From positions 29,703,182-29,767,181 of the forward strand of contig CM119264.1 of assembly GCA_051294375.1 (NCBI GenBank): a stretch of DNA of 64,000 bases, written 5' to 3'. Below are positions 39,990 through 52,581 of this stretch, in pieces. The number at the start of each line of letters is the position of its first letter. Position 1 is the stretch's first letter. The position numbers and the translations under genes were made by a program. The notes under the pieces are model-generated. The model saw only the letters and a program-made list of their open reading frames with translations. It had not been told where the DNA came from and ran no database searches. This DNA is from Paraspadella gotoi. Lineage: Eukaryota; Animalia; Chaetognatha.

Positions 39990-40354
39990 ACTACCCCTCC
40001 CCGCGGCTTTTTCACCAAGATGGAATCATCGGATCGTAAAGACGTAAAGAGGGCGATGTGAATACAATCCGGAATTTCCCACCGGTGTTGTTTGTTGCTG
40101 TTGTTGTTGTTTTTCGCGCCGAAAGAGGGTCTGATTGGATTTTTGGTTGAGACGTAGAATCTACGCGGCCAAGATTTATTCGTTTTTGTTCTTTGTTGGT
40201 TTCGTCTCTGTTTCGTTTGTAGGAGTTCTCACTTTAGGTCGGTAGCAGGATCTGGACTTAATNNNNNNNNNNNNNNNNNNNNNNNNNCTCCATGGCGGGG
40301 ATTTTTCGAGCGACCGAATCGGAGTCAATCTTCTCATTTGCATTTAGATGCGAA

Positions 40355-40450
40355 AAGAAAGAGAAAAGAAAAGAAAAGAAAAGAAAAGAAAAGAAAAGAA
40401 AAGAAAAGAAAAGAAAAGAAAAGAAAAGAAAAGAAAAGAAAAGAAAAGAA
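40355..40450. repeat. (AAAAG)n microsatellite
   Basis: Direct reading. Confidence 0.9.
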
Positions 40451-42056
40451 AAACAAAGAAAAACAAAGATAAGAGAGGAAAGAAAGGAAAATAAAATAAA
40501 AAGAGTGGAAAGAAAAAGAGAGAAAAGAAAAGAAAATACAAGAAAAAGAGAAGAAGAAAAGAAAAGAAAAAGAGAGAAAAAGAGAGAAAAGAAAAGAATT
40601 TCAATCACAGCCATAGTATAGTATTAGTAACTATTTGATTATCACATTTAGTGGATAATTTTTTTAGAAAAAGGACAGAAAAGGACAACTCCAAAAATTC
40701 GCTACAATTTCGTTACAATATGCAATCAAATCTCAAGGTCGTTGGTTCTTTGCCGAAAGATTTCCAATTTTTCCGCGTGACGCGTTTCTCACCCGACCGT
40801 GATCGCCATCTGTATTGGCGATGGGAAGGATTCGTGAATTCACAGTTTTCATTCCTTCTTTCGATTCCATCACTCCTCACTCTTATATCCTACATTTTTA
40901 TTACTACTGCGGTACTGCCACTATCACAACTTTCTCTCTTCTCGATACAAAAAGAATTTAATACAAAACCAAACTATCGCACACCTCCGCTGTCCTCCGC
41001 CCCCTATCTCTCTGTCTCTATCTCTCTCTGTCTATATCTCTCTCTGTCTCTATCTCTCTTTCTCTCTCTCCCCACTCCCCTTATCTCTNNNNNNNNNNNN
41101 NNNNNNNNNNNNNNNNNNNNNNNNNNNNNNNNNNNNNNNNNNNNNNNNNNNNNNNNNNNNNNNNNNNNNNNNNNNNNNNNNNNNNNNNNNNNNNNNNNNN
41201 NNNNNNNNNNNNNNNNNNNNNNNNNNNNNNNNNNNNNNNNNNNNNNNNNNNNNNNNNNNNNNNNNNNNNNNNNNNNNNNNNNNNNNNNNNNNNNNNNNNN
41301 NNNNNNNNNNNNNNNNNNNNNNNNNNNNNNNNNNNNNNNNNNNNNNNNNNNNNNNNNNNNNNNNNNNNNNNNNNNNNNNNNNNNNNNNNNNNNNNNNNNN
41401 NNNNNNNNNNNNNNNNNNNNNNNNNNNNNNNNNNNNNNNNNNNNNNNNNNNNNNNNNNNNNNNNNNNNNNNNNNNNNNNNNNNNNNNNNNNNNNNNNNNN
41501 NNNNNNNNNNNNNNNNNNNNNNNNNNNNNNNNNNNNNNNNNNNNNNNNNNNNNNNNNNNNNNNNNNNNNNNNNNNNNNNNNNNNNNNNNNNNNNNNNNNN
41601 NNNNNNNNNNNNNNNNNNNNNNNNNNNNNNNNNNNNNNNNNNNNNNNNNNNNNNNNNNNNNNNNNNNNNNNNNNNNNNNNNNNNNNNNNNNNNNNNNNNN
41701 NNNNNNNNNNNNNNNNNNNNNNNNNNNNNNNNNNNNNNNNNNNNNNNNNNNNNNNNNNTCTGTCTCTGTCTCTCTGACTCTCTCACTATTCCCTCCTCTC
41801 TGTCTCGCTTTGCCATTCTCATAATATACGTAATTTAAGAAGGGAGATTTAAAAGGACAAAAGCATGGGGAGAGATTTAAGGAGGGAAGATTTGAGAAAG
41901 ATTTAGGGGGAAGATTTAGGGGAGGAAGGATATAAGGAGGAAGGATTAAAGGAGGAAGGAGAGCAGCGAATGAAAACCGGGGATTTTGTGTGGAGACGAA
42001 AATGCAAACGAATTTCTCACCGAAATTGGATGAAAGTGAGTCAACTACTTCATTAT

Positions 42057-42168
<112 letters not shown>

Positions 42169-42644
42169 AACTTAACAATAGATGAAAAAAAGTATCACTA
42201 GCAATTGAAAATATCGTCATTTCTAATGTCTTTATTATAATCGTCAGGACAGTCGTCGTCGTCGTCGTCTTCATCGTCCTCATCATCATCGTCGTCCTCA
42301 TCGTCGTCGTCGTCATCCTCATCGTCGTCGTCGTCGTCCTCATCGTCGTCATCGTTCTCATCTCTCATTGCTCTTTTGTCTTAAATCGTCGTAAGTGAAT
42401 TGATCTTTGAAAGACAGATGGCGATTTAAGTCAACAAGTGGCCTCGTGTCGATGACGACGATGACGACGACGACGACGAAGATAATGAAAACTCCGCTCA
42501 CTTCGATGAGATAATGATTTTTCGGGGAATCATAAGCGATAATGATGAAAGCCTCGTGGGCGAACGACGACGACGACGACGACGAATAAGAATAATGAAT
42601 CTCACGTTTTTAATCTTCAAGAGAGAAATGATTAGCAGGTAAGC

Positions 42645-42709
<65 letters not shown>

Positions 42710-43156
42710 CGATGACGATTATGATAACGAAATTCATTAATATAGTCCACTGGACAATTTTTTAGTGAATGATATTGTTAAGTGATAACTTTATGAGAGT
42801 TTCACAGAAACCTCACTCATAAATCTAAACGCGACGACGACGACGACGACGACGACGACGGCGCCATCTAACAAAACAGCGACATCTAGTCTCGGCGTCT
42901 CAATTGACCACGACGCCAACGACGCCGCATCGACGTCAACGTCAACTTCGGCGTCGTTTGTCTTCGTTTGGCGCCCGACTTCCGACGCGTCGCGCCATCA
43001 ACGTGTGCGAACGTGGGTGGCGTCCGAACGAGAGGGCGCTGTCGTTTTAATTGACGCCAAATCGTCGTCGTCGTCGTCGTTTGAGAAATGAAGATTCGCA
43101 ATTATTAAATCGGCGCCTGTCGCGAGATCAAAACGAGGCTCACAGGACGAGCAGAC

Positions 43157-43170
43157 GTCGCTATGGCAAC
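43157..43170. promoter_or_regulatory. RFX X-box motif GTCGCTATGGCAAC
   Basis: Fits the X-box consensus GTHNYY-AT-RRNAAC. Function untested. Confidence 0.35.
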
Positions 43171-43454
43171 GAAGTCGCGAAACTTTCCCAGCGACGAGGA
43201 TGAAAATGACTGAAGACTAAGGCGGTTGAAGACGACGACGACGACGACGACGACGAAGATGACGATAACCACGACGTATTAAGCGAGGACAACAAACGCC
43301 TACGCAAGAAATATTTAAATAACAATTAGGCCAAAGATTAAAACAAAAGTTTATTTGCATTTAGTGCAAACTTCAACGACGTTAGGTCTTTCGGTTGATT
43401 TGCAATCGCAAATCAATTGCAGTTTGCACAAGTTGGCAGCTGATCAGAAAAATA

Positions 43455-43856
43455 TATGGAATGGTCTTTTCATANNNNNNNNNNNNNNNNNNNNNNNNNN
43501 NNNNNNNNNNNNNNNNNNNNNNNNNNNNNNNNNNNNNNNNNNNNNNNNNNNNNNNNNNNNNNNNNNNNNNNNNNNNNNNNNNNNNNNNNNNNNNNNNNNN
43601 NNNNNNNNNNNNNNNNNNNNNNNNNNNNNNNNNNNNNNNNNNNNNNNNNNNNNNNNNNNNNNNNNNNNNNNNNNNNNNNNNNNNNNNNNNNNNNNNNNNN
43701 NNNNNNNNNNNNNNNNNNNNNNNNNNNNNNNNNNNNNNNNNNNNNNNNNNNNNNNNNNNNNNNNNNNNNNNNNNNNNNNNNNNNNNNNNNNNNNNNNNNN
43801 NNNNNNNNNNNNNNNNNNNNGAATGGATAATTTTTGTATTGGTTGTACCAATTTCA
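43455..43856. mobile_element. MITE family copy spanning the N gap 43475-43820, inverted relative to 8917-9706
   Basis: Left of the gap, AATGGTCTTTTCATA is the reverse complement of MITE interior ~9159-9173. Right of the gap is the TIR end GGTTGTACCAATTTCA+TA. Confidence 0.65.
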
Positions 43857-44654
43857 TAAAGAAACGCGTAGGAAACTAAATCTCAGATTTAATCAAAACT
43901 TGAAAACTGAAAAAAATTTAAATTAAATTCCTGCGACTCGATTTTGGCACTGAAAAGGGGTTTCGTACATACATTGCGTTCCTTGTTTCTGTCCCCCTGC
44001 CCAGCATAAGAAAAAACCTTTTTCCTCCTCTACGCAACTGCTGTCTCTCTGGTCTCCATCCATTTCCCTGTATTCTCTCCCCTCCTTTCCTTTCTCTCTT
44101 TCTCTCTCTCTCTCCTCTCTCCTCTCTCTCTCTCTCTTCTCGTTCCTCTCTCTCTGCCCCTTCATCATTCTCCCTCTCTCGTCTTAATCACTTTGTACGT
44201 TAGCCGCTGTTGGAGTTCCTCCTCCTTCCTTCGCTCAAATTCTCATTAGGCAGCGACATTCTGGATCCCGCCTCTTTTACTCAGACGACAAAACAGGGCC
44301 GAGAGGAGAGGTCCTCTCTCTCTCTGCGTCTCCTCTGACGATTCCTCCTCTCTTCTCGCTCTCATCTCTCTCTCTCTCTCTCTCTCTCTAATTGAATATT
44401 CAATAACGTGCGGAATTCCATGACGATGCCTGACTTATAGCTATTATTATTAATATCATTACGCTTCTTAGCTTAAAAAAAGGCGCCAAAATTAGATCCA
44501 TTCACGTCGTGATCCAATGACAAAAATGTTCCGAAATACAAAAAGGAATATTACAAGATTAACGGACTTAAAATGGCCACTACAAAAATTTAAAATCTAC
44601 TACAAAGACAAACATACAAACAACATTGATCTTCTCGGCCTTTTCCTAGTTTTG

Positions 44655-47600
44655 CTACGCTCTGCTGGCGACGGTGACGCTAAAGGGGCGTGGCACGTTG
44701 ATGAGGACGATCTCTCCCTTCCGTTCGGGCAGAGGACCCGAGGGGCGGAAGTCGAGTCTCTGAAGAAGACGAGTTGTGAAGAGGAATTGTTCCATCGTCG
44801 CGAGACGTTCGCCCATGCAGTGTCTTGGAGAAAGGAAAGAGTGGATCGATCAATCAATATATCAATAAATCTATAAATCAATTCATCTATCAATCAATAA
44901 ATGCTTCAATCAATTAATCAAATCTTAAATTCTATCTCGATACATTAAAGAAATCAATTAATAGATCAGGTTTTTAATCAATCAATCAGTTAATCGTAAA
45001 ACTAAATATTTATCGGCAAATTAATCGATTCTCCTTTCAAATCGAAAATCGGTCACATGGAATCAATCAACCAATGAATGAATCTAAACTGAATCCAATC
45101 AGATCAACGTCATGGTTTCCACTCTCAAACGTTATGGTTTCCACTCTCAAACCTGTTTCCGTAACCGAATGGGATCAAGTTTTTACTCTTTTCATATTTT
45201 CCTTCTTCGTTCAAAAATCTTTGGGGTTTGAATTCGTCGACGTCTTCGCCCCAGACGTCGGGGTTTTTGTGACAAGCGTGAAGACACATTGCGATTATTT
45301 TTGTTCAATTCGTTGCATCTGGGATCATTTTTCGTTATTTTTTTATAATAATTATTAATTTTAATTATATCGAAATTTCAAAATACGACACAATTAATCC
45401 TTCTCTCTACGCCGATTAGAGGTTCCGGACGATGAGCGGCTCTTTTTTTCAAAATGAGCTTGAAAATATAACTTTCAAATCAAGAGAGGAAAACATGTTT
45501 GAAAAAAAGCTGCTTGAAGGCCAAGCGCAAACCAGGTGACCGACAGAAACAACAAAACTTTGGTGACCAAAGTACAGATAAAAATTTCATCTCCAAGCGC
45601 TGTGTAAACATCGCAGGAGTATCAAGCCACCAGAATCAAATCGGATCGGAGGCTCGGGCGATCTCCGCAGGAAATGGAATCGCAGAATCCTGCTCGGTCA
45701 AGCTTGAAATCGCGAATCGACCAATCTAGCTTGCAGAATCATTGGAACTGAAAAATCCTCCCCGTGGTCGCCGATCCTGTAATTCTAAATAGACCCTAGC
45801 TTGTTCTTAGTTTTCAGTAGTCAATGATCAAAGACTCCTCCCCTGCCTCACGCGTCACCTTTTATTCCTCAGAATAAATCTCAGCTGAAATTGATAAATA
45901 TCCTCAACAATACACGTTGATAGTGAATAGTAAATAGTGAATAGTTGATAGTGAAAAACTTCTACTAACCCTTCACATCTGACCGTGTAATCCCTCTGAA
46001 TCTTTGCGACTCTTGCCACGCATCTGTGAGGCAGAGAGATTGCGTCACGTTGGAGAGACGCCAGTCTTCGTCCATGAATGCGCGAAGGTAATGGGAAGTT
46101 TGGGTAAGTGAGTCATAGAGGGAACGCGTCCCGAGCTAGAAAGGTGCATGGTCAGTTTGGCTTGGACTGGAAGGTTAAAAAAAAACAATGGTCAACCGGT
46201 CATTCTCTATTTGATTAAAGCAGTTAGGCTTAAAGATTGTAGTTAAATGTAAAAATTTAAGAACTTGTCGGTCAAATATATGTCAAGCAGAGTTAGAATA
46301 AAGCGAATTAAAATTTAACAACTTTATAATTTTTTATTAAATTAAATATGTAAGATATAGATTAGGAGGAAAAAAAAGTGACTTTGTTAAATTGGTTAAA
46401 ATCTATTATATTTCCGAAGAAAACTAACGAGATTTTAAAATGTAAGATGTTTAATATATTAATTAAGATTTGTGAGATTTAGATAAGGATTTACTGACCA
46501 ATTCTTCATTAATCTCGCGACGAAGTTTATCGCCCGATTCAGGATGATGAAAGAGCCAAACGATCGTCCAGCTCATCAATAGATGACGTCGTGTCAGTTC
46601 CCGCCTATAAAGATTCAGAGCATCGGGAGTAGATATTAGTATAAGTTTAAACAAGCCCGCAATTTATCTCTTGTTTCAATAAAGTAGATTCTGCTTATAT
46701 TGAATTTTTTTGTCCTTATTCTAACTAAAATTAATTTGATCCCTTAAAACTTTGTCAATTAGTAGGCATTTGCAAAAATATTAGACGCAGTTACGTCGAT
46801 ACAATCATGTAATCAAAAGGTGCCAAATGACAATGGCAAAACAAATTAAATGCCACTCCATTTATATACCTATAGATATTCTTAAATATTTTTTTTTCAC
46901 TTTCATTATTCTCTGGGATGATATTTCTAACACTATATATATTGGCAGACACTAAATTTACAATTTGTTCGCCTTAATCACTCTATTATATCATAAATTA
47001 ATTAATTATAATTAAATCATTTTTTCTCACTGAAAAAATCATTGATGGAGAGCATTCATTTCTCTTCCTGGAGAATGTTCTTCCCCGGATGGTTCTTCCC
47101 GTGATTCTTTCCCGTATGAAAGCGTCGATGAAGCAGTGGTTCGTGCGGCTCGTCCAGCGTCTCTTCGCTTGAGTTTCACAGATTCTCTCACGTGATTCCG
47201 AATCACGTTCACGGCTTCCCAGATTTTCTTCGCTTTGGGTGTTTTGTACCAGTGAACCAACCTTGAGAAAGAATGTATTTAATGATGTTTAATCTGTATC
47301 ATACAGGAGTACATTGCTTAAAATCTTAAATTTCACAGTTGAATTCACACCATGGAGTGAACAAATACAGAGGTTCGGTTCCCAGATCGAACATCGCCAA
47401 ACCAGCGACGAAAATGGCTTCGTGAAGCTCGGATTTCTGGTTAATCTCCGTTCGTTCGTCAAAAACCTTGAAATTGATATAAAATTCTACTTTGAATAGC
47501 ATTAAACCGTTATAATCAGTACTGTCACACCGACCATTTTAGAGATGACGTTTGACACAGCGACTCGAATGAGGTCCATGGGTTGGAAAGGTTCCTTCAG

Positions 47601-48061
47601 GGACAACATGGCTTCCACGAGGGCGTCCGCTTCTTGAAGGATCTGGACGGAAGGTTTGATAATTGAGTCTCCTAAAAACCGCTACGAACTAATTTTTTGA
47701 ATAAATCAGGTGTTAATTTTCCTTCAATTTATTTTATTTTTTTATTTAATTTAAAAAACGAAAACTTCGTTTACTCAATGGCCCTGTGTTCTGGCCCTGG
47801 TCCTGGTCTAATTAATAAATAAAATATCATTTTTTCCATTGCCTGCCTTATTTTGGTTTTTCCCTCTCCTACTTTAAACTAAAAATCGTTTTTTAACGTA
47901 TCAAACGGACAATTTAATTAATTAACTTAATTAATTTATTAAATAAACATAATTCAATTATTTAAATCAAATTACTTTTGTCTCCATCGACATTTTTCCG
48001 AATCCGAATGAATTAAGGATCGAGATGGTGACTTTGTGAAGATTCTTCCAAGCGGGTGTCC
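44655..48061 (-). CDS. Cytochrome P450, clan 2 (CYP2-like), 3' part; exons 48061-47976 (cut by gap), 47642-47535, 47466-47351, ~47262-47031, 46604-46499, ~46135-45984, ~45325-45153, 44823-44655
   Basis: Spliced translation gives C-helix WKNLHK..LNSFGFGKMSMETK|ILQEA, AVSNVISKM|VFDER, I-helix DFF.|AGTDTTS, K-helix YLRAFMDEVLR (intact in the second copy), FKPQRF (PERF) and heme motif FGYGNR|HCMGERLA, ending PRPFSVTVASRA*. Introns are GT-AG with compatible phases where the sequence is clean; indels occur in several exons. Confidence 0.92.
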
Positions 48062-48799
48062 NNNNNNNNNNAATCGCAGAATCCTGATTGGTCAAGCTTG
48101 AAATCGGAATCGACCAATTAGCTTGCAGAATCATTGGAACTGAAAATTCTACCCGTGTCATGAAGTTGAAGTAAAGTCAGGGAGAGGGAAGAGGAAGAAG
48201 GAGTAGTGGGACGTGCTTTCACTCTATCTGAGAGCTAATCCCTAGAAACGCCCAAATTTTCTCCTTCTTTCCGTTTACGTGCTTCACACTTGTGACTGCA
48301 CCGTAATCGCCTAGTCATCACGCATCTATCTCATTCTTTTTGGTTTCTTCCTTTTTTTCCCTTTTTGTTTAATCTTTTGTTAACTAGTGAATTAATTGGT
48401 TGTATTACGGTTCCTCTTTCTCGGGACCCCCCGATATTCTGCTAAATAACAACTTCCTCAGCCGGCTTGCGAAGGACCATTCAGCCGGGCTAATCTTTTC
48501 ACGATAAGGAAAAGAGAATGAAGCAAGAAGAGAGACGAGAGAGGAAGAGAGAGGTATTTTGCTTAGAGAAGGAGAGAGGAGAGCAGAGAGAGAGCAGAAG
48601 AGGAGAAAAGAAGGCTGAGATACATCGCAGAGATGAGAGTGGAGTGCATAAAGAGTACCTGCCCAAGAGAATTTATACGCGAGCGCATTTTGGTTGGTGC
48701 TAGCATTTTTTACAAACCTCAGCCGAAAAGCGACGCATGGTCTCCGACGAGAAGAAGAAGGAAACGAGGAAAGGTTAGGAGAGGGAGGGGTGGACAGAG

Positions 48800-51700
48800 A
48801 TGGAAAGGGCCGAATCAGAGCATTCGGTAAAGGAGGGGGACATTACAAATCAAGACGAACGAACGAAAGAAATAACCGGAACGAAATAACGAAGCGAACG
48901 AACGAATGAACGACGAACGAACGATACGAACGAACGAACGCAGGACGGAAATACGAACGAACGAAACGTGAACGAAACCCCGAACGAATCGAACGAACGA
49001 ACGAAATAACGCAACGAACGAACAGGAACGAGAACGAGACAGGAGAAGAGCGAACCAGGCGCGAGCCATAACGATAGGCTTGCCGTTTTATATAAAAATT
49101 AAGAGACCGATTGAAAGGGCCAACCAAACGACAGGAAAAACGAAAAAATACCTCCGAAGACTGACCCCGATCACCGGGTCCGAAATACGTTAATAAACGA
49201 ACACCATGGGGTACGAATGACGAGATGGAATTGTAAGAGAACTAAACAGAAACAGTAGAAAATTAATCAAAAAAAATGAAAAGAACGAAAATTCCGGAAC
49301 GAACTGCAATCTGAAGGCTACGCAGGAGATCAGAATGGAATGGGAGAAACCGCACAGGTAAAGGGGACCTGACACCAGGAAACGGCAGGTAACAAATGGA
49401 CGTAAGACAAGGAACACCGGTCAGGCATGAAAAATGACGAGCAACGGAAAAGTCGGCGGTAAAAAACGATGTTTCACCCAGCGGGAAGCGAAGGAGAAAA
49501 ATGACTGAAGACAAGCCGGTTGAAGACGACCGAGCACCGAACGACCCGACCGAACGAAAGATGACCATAACAACGACGAATTTAAGCGAGGACAAATCAA
49601 AACCCCTAGCAAGAAATTCAGATTTTTTTTGCAGTATACATATATATAAGCTTCGGTTCAATCGATTCGTTCATCACCCTTATTCAATAGATTTAAAACC
49701 AAAGTTTCCAACTTTGCCATTCAAAAACATTTATTTTACGTTTGATTTTTTACGATGATTTCTAAACGATTAATACATTCGAGATTTTTATATATGGGTT
49801 CTCTTTGAGTCGGTTGATTTAGCTGTCTTCAACACAAATACGCAAGAGATATCATCGCCTCGCACGATTTAGTAAGAGATCATGGCATTTTGGCCCACCA
49901 TAGTTCGCTCAGACTTGGATTCCAGGTAAGAAAGCCTTTCTGATCGAAATATGTCTGCAATCGTCTTTTTCATACAATTGACACGAAATCTTTCCTTTGA
50001 AACATCCCATTGAAGAGTGAGGAGCACCAAGACAAGGATTAATTTGCAGAGAGACTCGGCTCAATCCTGACAGTCTGACATAAAGACTCCGACTGGGAGA
50101 GTCTCAGCCTTGATCTGACAAGTCCTATGCAGGACCTTCGCCTCATTCTCCATTCTATTCATCTTGCTCTTAAGAGTGATGAGCGCCTCTTAAAAACCTC
50201 TTAAGTGAATGATATGGATAGATTCTTTCTCTTGTATCTGGTTTGTTCCCGTCTCCTCAATTCTCATATCTACATCTGAACTCTCATCGCGCACGTGGAA
50301 ACTAAATCTCTCCGAGACATTAATCAAACAAAACATTGGAGAATAAACCTGAATGGCAAAAACATGCAAAAAACTCTTAAAATTAAAAGTGTCCTTGCGA
50401 CTACGGATTGGATTGAAAACGGGTTTCCGTACGATTGGCGAATCATAAAAATGGTCGAATATTGACTAATTACCGAGATACTGCAATACATGTTCGATTA
50501 GCTAGGCAGAATCAAGAAATAGCTTACCGTCCGTTTAAATCCAGGGAAACAAAGTTGAACTCGCTAAATTATCAATATTTAAATCATATGTTATCTTTAA
50601 ACGATTCTCTACATGAATTTTGTAAAAATTTTTTTTTGTTTTCACCAACAAATGATAATCTTTATCCTTAATAATTTTTATATAAAACTATATTAGAGAG
50701 GTAAACACTTTTTGAAAAATTTTATCCTGTATTATACCTCAGGATAACATCTATATTAAATCAAAATGATTTTCTTCCCTTCTTTCAGAATCTGGTTCTA
50801 TATTCTCCTAATTCTTATTTTTTTTTAAATGTTGCCTCAAATCGCTCTTGTGTTTAATATTTATTATTTCAAACCATAAGTTCGTTCATCTATAGGCCCT
50901 TTCCTTTTTGAGCCTAAAGCATTCTTTTATTTCCTCTTTTCCTCTCTCCTAAAGCATATTCTCTTCTCGGCATGCACGACCTCATCTTCTCACCCTTTCT
51001 CCGTCTCCTCTCCTCTCTCTTCTCTCTCTTCTCCGATTCGAATTGATTTGCACATATAAACATCCCTTTTATAAACATCTCATTTAATCAAAAAATCAAT
51101 TCATTACGTGTGATCACAAGTCAATGCCTCCCACTAATTTTTGGGTTCACAAGATATCCACCCATAGAAATAATTTTTTGTTATTCATAACCCAAACATA
51201 GACTACACCAAAAAACAACTCGAGAGCTATTAACCAATTAAAAGCCTGTGAATCTTATCCCCCAAACCAATTACAACCCTTTGTCTATTTCCGAACAACA
51301 AGTGATATCGCGTCTATTGCTGCTATAATTTACTGATCAACTTGTGGGCTTTGGTCGTTGGGATGACCATATTCCTTCTTATTATTCTCCTTTCATTAAT
51401 GTATTCAAATCTGAGCTTTAAAAACCCCACTCTGCCCAATATCAATACCATATGCTTCTTCGCTAGGCAAGGGAGGACGTTCCATCTTAATCTCATCTTT
51501 TAAAGTAAAACCAAGAGAATGATCTCTTTAGGAATCCGTTTGCCTAATTTCAAAACCCAGCACGCAATATTTACCGCTCAGTAAAACTTTTTAGGCGAGC
51601 AAGCTTAACTTCGTTCGCAGTGCGCTGGCTCTGCTCTCTCTCATTCGGCGCTTTCTTATCTACCCTGCACGAAAACTGATCGACCGATCGAGGAAGAAGT

Positions 51701-52544
51701 GTCGATCTTTGACCTTCCTCTTCTTCCTAGTTCGCTTGTCTCCTCTTATATCACTACTTTCCGGATCATAAATGGAATACAATTATATTTCGTTCTCCTC
51801 TAATATTTTAGGCTTAACCTATCTATCGATTTCACAATGAAAATATAAAATATACCCAGAAAGGCACTTAGAATTTTGAATGCTGCAGGACTACCCTCTG
51901 CTGAGATTCTGTCTCTTCCGCAAATGTAATAATAATCTTTGAATCAACTTTCCCATTTTTTTCATCCCGCCTCTATTTTCTCTCTTGTACAGTCTATTTT
52001 CCTGTTATCTCTTACCAGTTCTTTTTTTTATCCTCTTCCTAACAAAAAAGTAGGTACAATCATAGTCTACAATCACTTCTCTTTTTTATTCGTTTTCGCT
52101 CGTAAATTCTCCTTATCTTCGTAGCAAAATCTCTCCTTCTCTCCCTTTCCTAATCCATATCACTCCAGGTCGTATCTCTCTCTAAATTCCTCTTCTCTCT
52201 CGCGTCGGTGTTCCTCTGCGAACCCCGATCCCAGATTCATTTTCCACTCCGTGCTCACTCATAAAATCCTCTTTTTCCGGTATTCGGATTACCTTAGTGC
52301 GGACGGTTTTTTTATTTCGCTCATGATGTATTCTTCTCTGTTTTCCCTTTTGACTGACCCCAGTCAGATTGTTTAGTTCGCCTATTATTGCCAAATTAGG
52401 CAAAAAATAACAAAAAGTAGCAGCGGACGAGGAAGCAGGAAAACATACGATAAAACAAGCGGGCGTTTTTTTTTAAACTTGAAGTAAGACAAAAAAAACC
52501 ACCCTTCAAGGATCCATGAGAGAGAGAGAGAAAGAGGGAGAATG

Positions 52545-52581
<37 letters not shown>

